Position numbers and translations under genes: made by a program. From Oscillospiraceae bacterium (GTDB taxonomy: Bacteria; Bacillota; Clostridia; Oscillospirales; Ruminococcaceae), in contig JAFUBI010000132.1 of assembly GCA_017460285.1 (NCBI GenBank), forward strand, positions 1-38,687: 38,687 nt of DNA, read 5' to 3'. Shown here piece after piece: positions 17,799-25,865 of this stretch (within the stretch, counting starts at the first letter, position 1; each line of letters begins with the position of its first letter). The notes under the pieces were generated by a model. That model searched no databases and was not told the DNA's origin. It worked only from the letters and a program-made list of their open reading frames with translations.

Positions 17799-19723
17799 AG
17801 AAGATCGATCTGGAGTTGATGAAAGAGTATCGCTATCTTTCCAAACTGGAGTCCTTCAAGGGCAAGCTGCTCTTCACGGAGACGATGGCGGACATGGAGA
17901 CCAACGGATATAAACAGAGGCTTCATGTGTTTGATCCGGAGGCGGAACAGGACGGACTGGTATTTGATTTTCAGAAAAAGTATCAGCTGGACGTTTTGAA
18001 AGGGGAACTTCTTCTGAAGGAATCCGTGAAGGACGGACTTGAGACAGAACTCTACAGTCTGGATCTATCCGGAGAGAAAAAACTGATCGCAACGGTTCCT
18101 CTTTCTGTTGGAAAAATCTCGGACCTCAATGACGAGTATTATTTGGTGGAAGCCACGATAAATATGCGGTGCCCCGACTATTTCACGTTGAACGAGGAGG
18201 ACCGCAAAGCCTATTCGGATCAGTTGAAAGCGGACGAGGATTATATCGTCCTGGATGAGTACCCCTTCTTCTACAACGGGGTCGGGTTCATCAACGGGGA
18301 CCGCAACAATCTGTTCCTCATGAGAAGAGAGGATTTCTCCCTCAAGAGGATCGTTCCCCACACAATGGATGCGGAGAGCGTCGTCGTGGAGGGAGACAAA
18401 GTGTTCTTCCTTGGGAACAATTTTGACAGTTTCAAAGGTATCTACTCCGATGTTTACTGCTACGATCTGGTTACCGGTGAGTTGACGGATCTTTACCACA
18501 ACGAGAGAGAATACTATTTCAAGCAGATCTTTACGTTAGGTGGAAAACTGTATGTCATGGCTTCCGTGGAAGCTCTCATTGACGGATCCAATTTCTATGT
18601 TCTGGAAAACGGGAAACTGGAATTGGTCAAGGAGTGCGAGTGGATGTTTTACAACTCCATTGCCACAGACTGCCACTACGGTTCCTTCAAGAATCATGCA
18701 ATGGTGGGGGACACCTTCTATCTGATCACGGTGGACGATTCCCGTTCGATCGCGGTCGCTTTTGACGGAAAAGATCTGACTCCTGTGACAGATTTTGCGG
18801 GGTCGGTGGATGACCTCACATTCATTGACGACAAGATGTATATCCTTGCGATGAAGGACATGAAACTTCAGGAACTGTATGCCGTTGAGGATACTGTGAG
18901 ACAGCTGACTTGTCTGAACGAAGAAGTACTCAAGGACCGCTATGTGGCGAGACCCGAGCCTCTGAGCGTCTTCCATGTGGACGAGATCAGGGGATGGGCA
19001 TTGAAACCCTACGATTTCGACGAGAACAAGACGTATCCCTGTATTCTGGATATTCACGGGGGACCCAAGACTGCGTACGGTGAAGTCTTCTTCCACGAGA
19101 TGCAGTTGTGGGCTTCGGAAGGATACTTTGTGATCTTCTGCAATCCCCACTGTTCCGACGGCAGAGGAAACGCATTCGCGGATTATGTGGATCACTACGG
19201 TTCAACGGATTACTACGATATCATGGCTTTTGTGGATGAAGCCCTTGCAAAGTATCCTCAAATCGATCCGGAGCGTCTCGGTGTGACCGGAGGTTCCTAC
19301 GGCGGTTACATGACCAACTGGATCATCACTCAGACCGACCGGTTCAAATGCGCTGCTTCCCAGCGCTCCATCGCGAACCGGCACGCGGACTTCTTCTATT
19401 CGGACTATGCCTTCGACTGCACCTATGAGAACGGCATCCCGTTGGATGATGCAGCGCTGAAACTGTTCTGGGACCGTTCACCGATCAAGTTCTGGGATAA
19501 AGCGAAGACCCCGACCCTTTTCATCCATTCCACCCACGACTACCGCTGCCCTTTCCCGGAAGGCCTCTCCATGTTTACCGCATTGAAGATCAACGGAGTC
19601 GAGACAAGGCTCTGCGGGTTCAAAGGTGAGAACCATGAATTGTCCAGAAGCGGAAAACCGACTCATCGTTTGAGAAGGCTCAGCGAGATCACAGCCTGGA
19701 TGGACAAATATCTCAAAGCATAA
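17795..19723 (+). CDS. S9-family serine peptidase (prolyl oligopeptidase / acylaminoacyl-peptidase type)
   Basis: 642 aa. Its ATG overlaps the upstream stop. An N-terminal propeller-like region is followed by the nucleophile elbow GGSYGGYMT, and then by HSTHDYRCP (Asp) and GENHELS (His). Confidence 0.9.
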   Translation: MKKIDLELMKEYRYLSKLESFKGKLLFTETMADMETNGYKQRLHVFDPEAEQDGLVFDFQKKYQLDVLKGELLLKESVKDGLETELYSLDLSGEKKLIATVPLSVGKISDLNDEYYLVEATINMRCPDYFTLNEEDRKAYSDQLKADEDYIVLDEYPFFYNGVGFINGDRNNLFLMRREDFSLKRIVPHTMDAESVVVEGDKVFFLGNNFDSFKGIYSDVYCYDLVTGELTDLYHNEREYYFKQIFTLGGKLYVMASVEALIDGSNFYVLENGKLELVKECEWMFYNSIATDCHYGSFKNHAMVGDTFYLITVDDSRSIAVAFDGKDLTPVTDFAGSVDDLTFIDDKMYILAMKDMKLQELYAVEDTVRQLTCLNEEVLKDRYVARPEPLSVFHVDEIRGWALKPYDFDENKTYPCILDIHGGPKTAYGEVFFHEMQLWASEGYFVIFCNPHCSDGRGNAFADYVDHYGSTDYYDIMAFVDEALAKYPQIDPERLGVTGGSYGGYMTNWIITQTDRFKCAASQRSIANRHADFFYSDYAFDCTYENGIPLDDAALKLFWDRSPIKFWDKAKTPTLFIHSTHDYRCPFPEGLSMFTALKINGVETRLCGFKGENHELSRSGKPTHRLRRLSEITAWMDKYLKA

Positions 19724-19743
19724 CAGTATTGAATATCGAACAG

Positions 19744-19777
19744 GACCCTGCGCCGAATCGGTGCGGGGTCTTGTTCT
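19744..19777 (+). terminator. Rho-independent terminator after the S9 peptidase gene
   Basis: 11-bp stem gaccctgcgcc / ggtgcggggtc (two G-U pairs) with loop gaatc, followed by ttgttct. Confidence 0.6.
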
Positions 19778-20093
19778 GCAAAGCACTGCTTTTGCCTGTG
19801 CTGATCATTTGGAAAGAGAAGATCTTTTATCTCAAAAAGGCTGAGACACTCAAAACTTTTTTATTTTTCGACGTATCTGTTTATCGATAGAAGAGAAAAG
19901 ACGTATGCAAAAAAGACGATGAAAGTCAAAAACGTTCAAACAATGGCAAAGATAATCATTATTAGCGGGGTGAAAAAGGTAAAATGAAGAAGTCGACATC
20001 AAAACAACGAAAGGGAAAGATAATGTGTGAAGAAGAAGAGATTGAAGCAATCGTATCAGCAACGCGGCAAAGGCGGTCGCTGCGGCAGCGCCT

Positions 20094-21353
20094 GTGCTTG
20101 GAACAGCGGCGATGGGAAAAGCGAAGGAAACGATGTCCGGAGCTGTGAACACAGTTTCCGCAGGAGTGACAGCTGCTTCAAAGCACCCGAAATTCAAGAA
20201 ATATCTGATCATCGGTCTTGCAGCGCTTGCCTGTATAGCGGCGGTGTTTGCCCTGATCTCGAATATGGGCAAGACAGTGGACCTGGGAAAATATGTCGTT
20301 GTCACATACGATGGATACGATGAATACGGCACGGCAACAGCAAGCCTCGACTGGGAAGCTCTTTTTAAAAAATACGGTGACAATATCACCTATACCAGAA
20401 AAGCTAAAGGAATGGCACAGAAGACTTCAGCCATGGAATACCTGATGACGGTAGTTTCCTATAAAGTGGACAAGACAAGCGATCTTTCGAACGGCGAAGA
20501 GATCCATGTTACTTTCACGGTCCCTTCCAACATCAATGAGATCCTGAAATGCAAGATCAAGGCGGACGACCTGACCATTAAGGTAAAAGGATTGGAAGCT
20601 TTGACAGAGATCGATCCGTTTGCAGACCTCACAGTGACCTTTTCAGGTGTGGACGGTGAAGGTACTGCGGAGTACAGCTACAGCGGATTTGGTCTTGGGA
20701 CGAGAGACTTTAGCATCGACAACAGTTACGATCTGTCTGAAGGACAGACTGTCAAGATCACTGTCGATGAGTACTCCATTGAGTGGTTGGCAAAGGATTA
20801 TGGTCTGAAACCCACTGTGACCGAGAAGGAATACACAGTCGAAGGACTCGGTCATTATCTGGCAAGCGCATCGGAATTGTCTGATAAGGACAAGACCACG
20901 ATCGAAGAGAACGCACAGTACTGGGTCAATGATTACATCAACAGCAACTGGTCTCTGAACAAGGTCAAACTGATCAGCACCACGGCAGTCGGAAACTATG
21001 TGCAGGTCGCTAAAGACGCTTCTACATGGCCTGTTTCTGAGTATGCTGTAGTTTTCAAGATTCTATCTCAGATCAGTGGGGAAAATGATACGACCGAAAA
21101 CGTTACCCAGTATATGTCCGTATCCTATAGAAATATCGTGATCAACAGTGACGGCACAGCGACTTTTTACGCCGACGATCATACACTAAGTTCCAATAAC
21201 TTCAGAGTAGAGGTCAAGTACGGAGACTCGTTCTGGGAATACAACAGTTATTACTATCGTGGATACACAAATGTTAACGACCTCAAAGATGGTGAGGTCA
21301 TACGCGACACAGACCGCTATGACTATGAGTGGAATGTGAGCGAAGCAGCGTAA
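20094..21353 (+). CDS. Hypothetical membrane-anchored extracytoplasmic protein with internal repeat modules
   Basis: The ORF is open from GTG 20094. ATGs at 20112 and 20130 (GAAGGA RBS) are alternative starts. A single TM segment (YLIIGLAALACIAAVFALI) precedes a roughly 350-aa beta-rich region. I recognise no family. Confidence 0.65.
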   Translation: MLGTAAMGKAKETMSGAVNTVSAGVTAASKHPKFKKYLIIGLAALACIAAVFALISNMGKTVDLGKYVVVTYDGYDEYGTATASLDWEALFKKYGDNITYTRKAKGMAQKTSAMEYLMTVVSYKVDKTSDLSNGEEIHVTFTVPSNINEILKCKIKADDLTIKVKGLEALTEIDPFADLTVTFSGVDGEGTAEYSYSGFGLGTRDFSIDNSYDLSEGQTVKITVDEYSIEWLAKDYGLKPTVTEKEYTVEGLGHYLASASELSDKDKTTIEENAQYWVNDYINSNWSLNKVKLISTTAVGNYVQVAKDASTWPVSEYAVVFKILSQISGENDTTENVTQYMSVSYRNIVINSDGTATFYADDHTLSSNNFRVEVKYGDSFWEYNSYYYRGYTNVNDLKDGEVIRDTDRYDYEWNVSEAA

Positions 21354-21364
21354 GGAAAAACAGC

Positions 21365-21390
21365 GGGAAGCTGCCTGAGGGCGGCTTCCC
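21365..21390 (+). other. Intercistronic stem-loop
   Basis: gggaagctgcc / tgag / ggcggcttccc: an 11-bp stem with one G-U pair and no U-tract. Confidence 0.5.
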
Positions 21391-21435
21391 TGGCACACAA
21401 AACACATATGACTCAGCAGGAAGAGAAAGGAAAAC

Positions 21436-21825
21436 ATGAAAAAGAAAATTGCAGCGATCGCAGCGATCCTGATCGCACTTATGGCACTTTTGACGGGATG
21501 CGGAACAAACAGCAGTATCGTTGGAGAATACGTAGCATACGACTATGTCACCAAAGACGGTGCACATCACGAGGAGGCAGTGGAAAACGCCCTCGCAGAA
21601 TCCTATGTGATCTTCAGGGAGGACGGAACCGGAGAACTGGGAGACAGGGGCGCTTGGTATCACGACAGCACGGAGATCCAATGGAAGTCCGGCCTTTTCG
21701 GCAACAAGATCATGGCGGACGGCTATACTGTCGGGAAGTTCCGGGAGAAGGATGGTGGCCTTGAAATAACACTCTATTATGAAGAGGAGGGCAAGGTAGT
21801 CTTTCTTATGGAGAGAGTGTCCTGA
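21436..21825 (+). CDS. Small lipoprotein, uncharacterised (paralogue 1)
   Basis: 129 aa. Signal peptide with lipobox LLTGC. It is collinear with the next gene. Confidence 0.8.
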   Translation: MKKKIAAIAAILIALMALLTGCGTNSSIVGEYVAYDYVTKDGAHHEEAVENALAESYVIFREDGTGELGDRGAWYHDSTEIQWKSGLFGNKIMADGYTVGKFREKDGGLEITLYYEEEGKVVFLMERVS

Positions 21826-21849
21826 AAAGATTATCGAGAGGAAAAAACG

Positions 21850-22239
21850 ATGAAAAAAAGAATTGCGGGAATAGCGCTGACCCTGATCGCGCTCATGACT
21901 CTTCTGACCGGATGTGGTTCTGGCAGCGGAAAGGTCGAGGGAAGATATGTCGCATATGACCTTGTGGATAAGAGCGGGGCACATTACAGAGAGATGGTCG
22001 AGAGCGGTGTGTACGAGTTAACGACCGATTTCTACAGCGACGGAACGGGAGAATGGGAGATGTACACGCCATGGAGATCGGATCTGAATGACTTTGAATG
22101 GAAGACGGGTCTTTTTGGGAATAGTGTCCTTGTAGATGGGGAGAAAATAGGGACGTTCAAGATCAGCGGAGGAGAGATGAAAATGACACTTTCTTTCGAG
22201 GAGGGGACGTACATCTGGATGCTCAGAAGCAAGGGCTGA
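21850..22239 (+). CDS. Small lipoprotein, uncharacterised (paralogue 2)
   Basis: 129 aa. Signal peptide with lipobox LLTGC. Blocks shared with paralogue 1: YVAYD, K(D/S)GAH, DGTGE, (Q/E)WK(S/T)GLFGN. Confidence 0.8.
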   Translation: MKKRIAGIALTLIALMTLLTGCGSGSGKVEGRYVAYDLVDKSGAHYREMVESGVYELTTDFYSDGTGEWEMYTPWRSDLNDFEWKTGLFGNSVLVDGEKIGTFKISGGEMKMTLSFEEGTYIWMLRSKG

Positions 22240-22308
22240 GAAACGAGAAAGGACACTCGTGGCAGTCAAGAAAAAGAGAGCATAGGAAATACTCAAAAAT
22301 AACGGAAA

Positions 22309-22345
22309 CCCTGACCTCGCACTCGTGCAGAGGTCAGGGCTTTGT
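22309..22345 (+). terminator. Rho-independent terminator of the lipoprotein operon
   Basis: Stem ccctgacctc (22309-22318) / gaggtcaggg (22330-22339), followed by ctttgt. Confidence 0.7.
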
Positions 22346-22577
22346 CGTATCTAAACCTTAAAATGGCAGAATACTACAATGGCGGATCAACGAGGGACAG
22401 AAGCGCCGTAGGATCGCACTGTTTCCATGAGAGGCACTTTTGTCCTCGGATGCAGATCTCTAAATGCCGCGAGCATCGTTTCGAAACGATGTTTGGTGAA
22501 TGGAGCATCGTCTCATCTTTCTCTACACCCAAATCATTGTGAGGTGCAGAAAGTGTGACATAGGGCATAAGAGACAG

Positions 22578-22619
22578 CAGCCTTCTTTGACAAAGAAAAC
22601 GTCAAAGAAGGCTGTTTGC
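22578..22619 (+). terminator. Strong hairpin plus T-tract with no annotated gene upstream
   Basis: 14-bp perfect stem cagccttctttgac (22578-22591) / gtcaaagaaggctg (22601-22614), followed by tttgc. Confidence 0.6.
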
Positions 22620-22781
22620 AAATGGGTTTTGTTAGAGAGTATGGTTACAGGGAAGAAAGAAAAGGCCCTCCCAGCTCTTTAGCGATGGGTAGGGACATAT
22701 GGGCTCCCGCTTTTTTCAACACCAGAAGAAGAACTGCCGATCATGCACAAATAGCGGTAACGGCATAGTATAAAATCTATA

Positions 22782-22810
22782 TTGACTATGCACTGTATAC
22801 TGGATATATT
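22782..22810 (+). promoter_or_regulatory. Candidate sigma-A promoter of the hxlR-type operon
   Basis: TTGACT (22782-22787), 17 nt spacer, TATATT (22805-22810). The GAGGAGG RBS is at 22836-22842. Confidence 0.5.
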
Positions 22811-22849
22811 AAAATTAAACAAAGCGCAGAGGCTTGAGGAGGTTCTTGG

Positions 22850-23230
22850 ATGGGGGATACAACTGAGAAAAGAGATAGTGGTGTCTGTCCCTGCAGCGAT
22901 ACTTGTCCTTTGGAAAGCGCACTGGCTGCCGTAGGGGGGAAGTGGAAGACGCGTATCGTTTGCACTTTGTATCTGGATGGGACTCAGCGGTTCACAGAAG
23001 TCCTCAGGAAAACAAAGGGGATCACCAGCGCTATGCTGTCCAGTTCTTTAAAGGAACTGGAAGAAGATGGCATCGTGACCAGAAAACAATACGAAGAGAT
23101 ACCTCCCAGAGTGGAGTATACGCTTACAGATCGAGGGCGTGAACTGTGGCCGATCCTGCACAGTCTGGCGCATTGGGCGGCAAATGAGGCGTCTGGGGAA
23201 AGAGCCACGGAAAAGAAGAGCAAGAGGTGA
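22850..23230 (+). CDS. HxlR-family winged-helix transcriptional regulator
   Basis: 126 aa. CPLESALAAVGGKWKTRIV...RFTEVLR...ITSAMLSSSLKELEEDGIVTRKQYEEIPPRVEYTLTDRG is the classic HxlR signature. Confidence 0.9.
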   Translation: MGDTTEKRDSGVCPCSDTCPLESALAAVGGKWKTRIVCTLYLDGTQRFTEVLRKTKGITSAMLSSSLKELEEDGIVTRKQYEEIPPRVEYTLTDRGRELWPILHSLAHWAANEASGERATEKKSKR

Positions 23231-23234
23231 GTAT

Positions 23235-24437
23235 ATGCAGTACAGAAGAGACAAACATGGAGAGGAAGTGTCGATCCTTGGATTCGGATGCATGCGTTTT
23301 ACCAAAAAAGGCGGAAGTATCGATATCGAAAAAGCGGAGAAGGAACTGCTGGAAGCCTACAAAGCGGGCGTGAATTACTATGATACCGCTTATCTGTACA
23401 GCGGAAGTGAAGCCGCTTTGGGGGAGATCTTCGAAAGAAATCATCTGAGGGAAAAGGTCAAGATCGCCACAAAGCTTCCCCAGTACCTGATAAACAGTAA
23501 TGCAGGTCTGGAACGGTTTTTCAGTGAGGAATTATCCAGGCTTCGTACCACATACGTGGATTACTACCTGATGCATCACCTGACAGATGTGGCTATGTGG
23601 GAGAAACTGAAAAATGTCGGTGTGCTGGAATGGATCGAAGAGAAGAAAAAGAGCGGTGCGATCCGAAATATCGGCTTCTCCTACCACGGAAACACAGAAG
23701 GGTTTCTGAAGATCCTGAACGATTACGATTGGGATATGTGTCAGATACAGTACAACTATTTTGACGAGTATTCTCAGGCTGGGGTAGATGGTTTGAAAGC
23801 GGCTGCCGCCAAAGGGATCCCTGTTGTGATCATGGAACCCCTCCGGGGCGGTAAACTCGTAAATATGCTTCCTGAATCCGCGAAAAAAGTCATGAGGGAG
23901 AGCGGAAGAGACTGGTCGCCTGCGGAATGGGGATTCCGCTGGCTGTGGAACCAACCGGAAGTGACAGTCGTTCTTTCCGGCATGAACTCGCTTGAGATGA
24001 TTCAGGAGAACTGCAGGACAGCATCCGAAGCAGGTGCAGGACAGTTTCAGCCATCGGATCATCAGACCTTAAAACAAGTGACGGAAAAGATCCGGGAGAA
24101 AGAGAAGGTCGGGTGCACGGGCTGCCGTTACTGCATGCCATGTCCTCAGGGCGTCGATATCCCCGGTGCGTTCCGGTGTTACAATGCCATGTACCTTGAA
24201 TCAAAACATCAGGGTCGTTTTCAGTACGCCCAGACGGTCGGGTTGACGAAAGAGCCTGCTTTTGCTTCCCAGTGCATCGAATGCGGAAAATGCGAAAAGC
24301 ATTGTCCTCAGAGCATTCCGATCCGGGAGAAACTGAAAGAGGCAGATAAGGCGCTTCGCCCTCTCCCATACAAGGTGGGGATCGATGTGGCGCGCAGATT
24401 TATGTTCCGAAAAACAAAAAAATATAAGGAGAGTTAG
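23235..24437 (+). CDS. Aldo/keto reductase with a C-terminal 4Fe-4S ferredoxin-type domain
   Basis: Start taken at ATG 23235 (MQYRRDKHGEEVSILGFGCMRF). The N-terminal region is AKR-like. Cys clusters CTGCRYCMPCPQG and CIECGKCEKHCPQ are present. Confidence 0.85.
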   Translation: MQYRRDKHGEEVSILGFGCMRFTKKGGSIDIEKAEKELLEAYKAGVNYYDTAYLYSGSEAALGEIFERNHLREKVKIATKLPQYLINSNAGLERFFSEELSRLRTTYVDYYLMHHLTDVAMWEKLKNVGVLEWIEEKKKSGAIRNIGFSYHGNTEGFLKILNDYDWDMCQIQYNYFDEYSQAGVDGLKAAAAKGIPVVIMEPLRGGKLVNMLPESAKKVMRESGRDWSPAEWGFRWLWNQPEVTVVLSGMNSLEMIQENCRTASEAGAGQFQPSDHQTLKQVTEKIREKEKVGCTGCRYCMPCPQGVDIPGAFRCYNAMYLESKHQGRFQYAQTVGLTKEPAFASQCIECGKCEKHCPQSIPIREKLKEADKALRPLPYKVGIDVARRFMFRKTKKYKES

Positions 24438-24441
24438 AACG

Positions 24442-24924
24442 ATGAGCAAAGTATTGGTAGCGTATTTTTCAGCGAGCGGAGTGACTGCAAAAGTTGTGAA
24501 GGAGATCGCAAAAGCGGAGAATGGGGATCTGTTTGAGATCTGCCCCAAGACTGCCTATACGGCGGAGGATCTGGACTGGAGAAATAAGGAGTCCAGGAGC
24601 ACGCTGGAAATGTCAGATCCGGATTGCAGACCGGAGACTGTGGGTACAGTAGAGAACTTTGATCAGTATGATGCCGTATTCGTCGGTTTCCCGATCTGGT
24701 GGGGGCGTGAGCCAAGTGTAGTGGATACCTTCCTCGGAGATTATTGCTTTGAAGGCAAAAAGGTGATTCCCTTCTGCACTTCCGGCGGAAGCGGTCTTGG
24801 GAAAACAGCTGAGCGCATACAGTCTCTGATCGGAGAAGGAGCATGTGTCGTTGAGGGAAAACGGCTCGGCGGAGAAGTCTCAGAAGAGGATCTGAAGATC
24901 TGGACGGAGGGTCTCGGGCTGTGA
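24442..24924 (+). CDS. Flavodoxin
   Basis: Start taken at ATG 24442 (AAGGAGAG RBS). MSKVLVAYFSASGVTAKV...FVGFPIWWG is typical of short flavodoxin-family proteins. Confidence 0.85.
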   Translation: MSKVLVAYFSASGVTAKVVKEIAKAENGDLFEICPKTAYTAEDLDWRNKESRSTLEMSDPDCRPETVGTVENFDQYDAVFVGFPIWWGREPSVVDTFLGDYCFEGKKVIPFCTSGGSGLGKTAERIQSLIGEGACVVEGKRLGGEVSEEDLKIWTEGLGL

Positions 24925-25730
24925 ACAGAACAGAAGCGATTCGCCACAGGAGAAGTGTGCGCACTTTTGACGGCAGAGAGCTCCGTCAGGAAGAAAAGGA
25001 AAAAATCCTGGATTTTGCTAAGAAGGTACAAAATCCATACGATCTTGCCATAACGTGGGAGATCCTGGACGCGAAAAAGAATTCCCTCTCTTCGCCTGTT
25101 ATCACAGGAACAGATACTTGGATCGCCGGCAAGATGGCGCGGGTCCCTCATGCTGAAGAGGCATTCGGATATACTTTTGAGAAAGTGGTCCTTTTTGCCG
25201 AGTCCCTCGGGATCGGCACGACATGGATCGCCGGCACCATGGACCGGGAAGCCTTTGAACACGCCATGCGTTTGAAGGACACAGAAGTTCTCCCGTGCGT
25301 CAGCCCGATAGGCTATCCTGCCGGAAAGATGTCGGTGCGCGAATCTCTGATGAGAAAGGGGATCAATGCGGACGGAAGGAAGGCGTTTGGAGAATTGTTC
25401 TTTAAGGATACTTTTGATGCTCCTCTTTCCCCCATGTCCTCGGGAAAAGTAGCAGAAGCTTTGGAAATGGTGCGCTTAGCGCCTTCCGCGGTGAACCGTC
25501 AGACCTGGAGGATCGTGGTATGTGACGATTGCGCTCATTTATATGTGAAGCGCAGCAAGGGCTATGTTTCTTCGGATAAATGGGATATTCAGAAGATCGA
25601 TATGGGGATCGCTCTCTGTCACTTTGAGATCGGAGCGGAGGAGAGCGGACTGTCTGTATCCTTTGAACTGCAGGATCCAGGCATTGAAGTTCCTAACGAT
25701 CTGGAGTATATTGCCACCTTGCGCTTCTGA
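24921..25730 (+). CDS. Nitroreductase-family protein
   Basis: 269 aa. The GTG start overlaps the flavodoxin stop (GTGA). N-terminal IRHRRSVRTF and the later LAPSAVNRQTWR are nitroreductase motifs. Confidence 0.85.
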   Translation: MNRTEAIRHRRSVRTFDGRELRQEEKEKILDFAKKVQNPYDLAITWEILDAKKNSLSSPVITGTDTWIAGKMARVPHAEEAFGYTFEKVVLFAESLGIGTTWIAGTMDREAFEHAMRLKDTEVLPCVSPIGYPAGKMSVRESLMRKGINADGRKAFGELFFKDTFDAPLSPMSSGKVAEALEMVRLAPSAVNRQTWRIVVCDDCAHLYVKRSKGYVSSDKWDIQKIDMGIALCHFEIGAEESGLSVSFELQDPGIEVPNDLEYIATLRF

Positions 25731-25813
25731 TGTGGATCGATTGTTCCCTGCACAATTAATCGATCGATGCGGAGCAGCAGATTGGAGCCAACAGCGAGAA
25801 TTTGTAGAACGAA

Positions 25814-25849
25814 AAAACATCCTTCGGCGTCTATGCGGAAGGATGTTTT
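25814..25849. terminator. Bidirectional terminator between convergent operons
   Basis: aaaacatccttc (25814-25825) / gaaggatgtttt (25838-25849): a 12-bp stem in which the A-run and T-run are part of the stem. Confidence 0.7.
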
Positions 25850-25865
25850 GATATACTATATGTAA

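Noticed and set aside
19984-20148. A 54-aa highly basic ORF (MKKSTSKQRKGKIMCEEEE...) lies upstream of and overlaps the start region of the membrane-anchored protein. It might indicate a frameshifted longer N-terminus.
   Set aside because: It has a weak RBS, Arg/Lys/Glu low-complexity composition and no recognisable motif. The downstream gene has its own plausible starts. There is no evidence for a frameshift.
22363-22542. A 59-aa plus-strand ORF and a 64-aa minus-strand ORF in the gap, both containing HRFETM.
   Set aside because: The shared peptide is an artefact of the 18-bp palindrome read on both strands. Neither ORF has an RBS or family resemblance.
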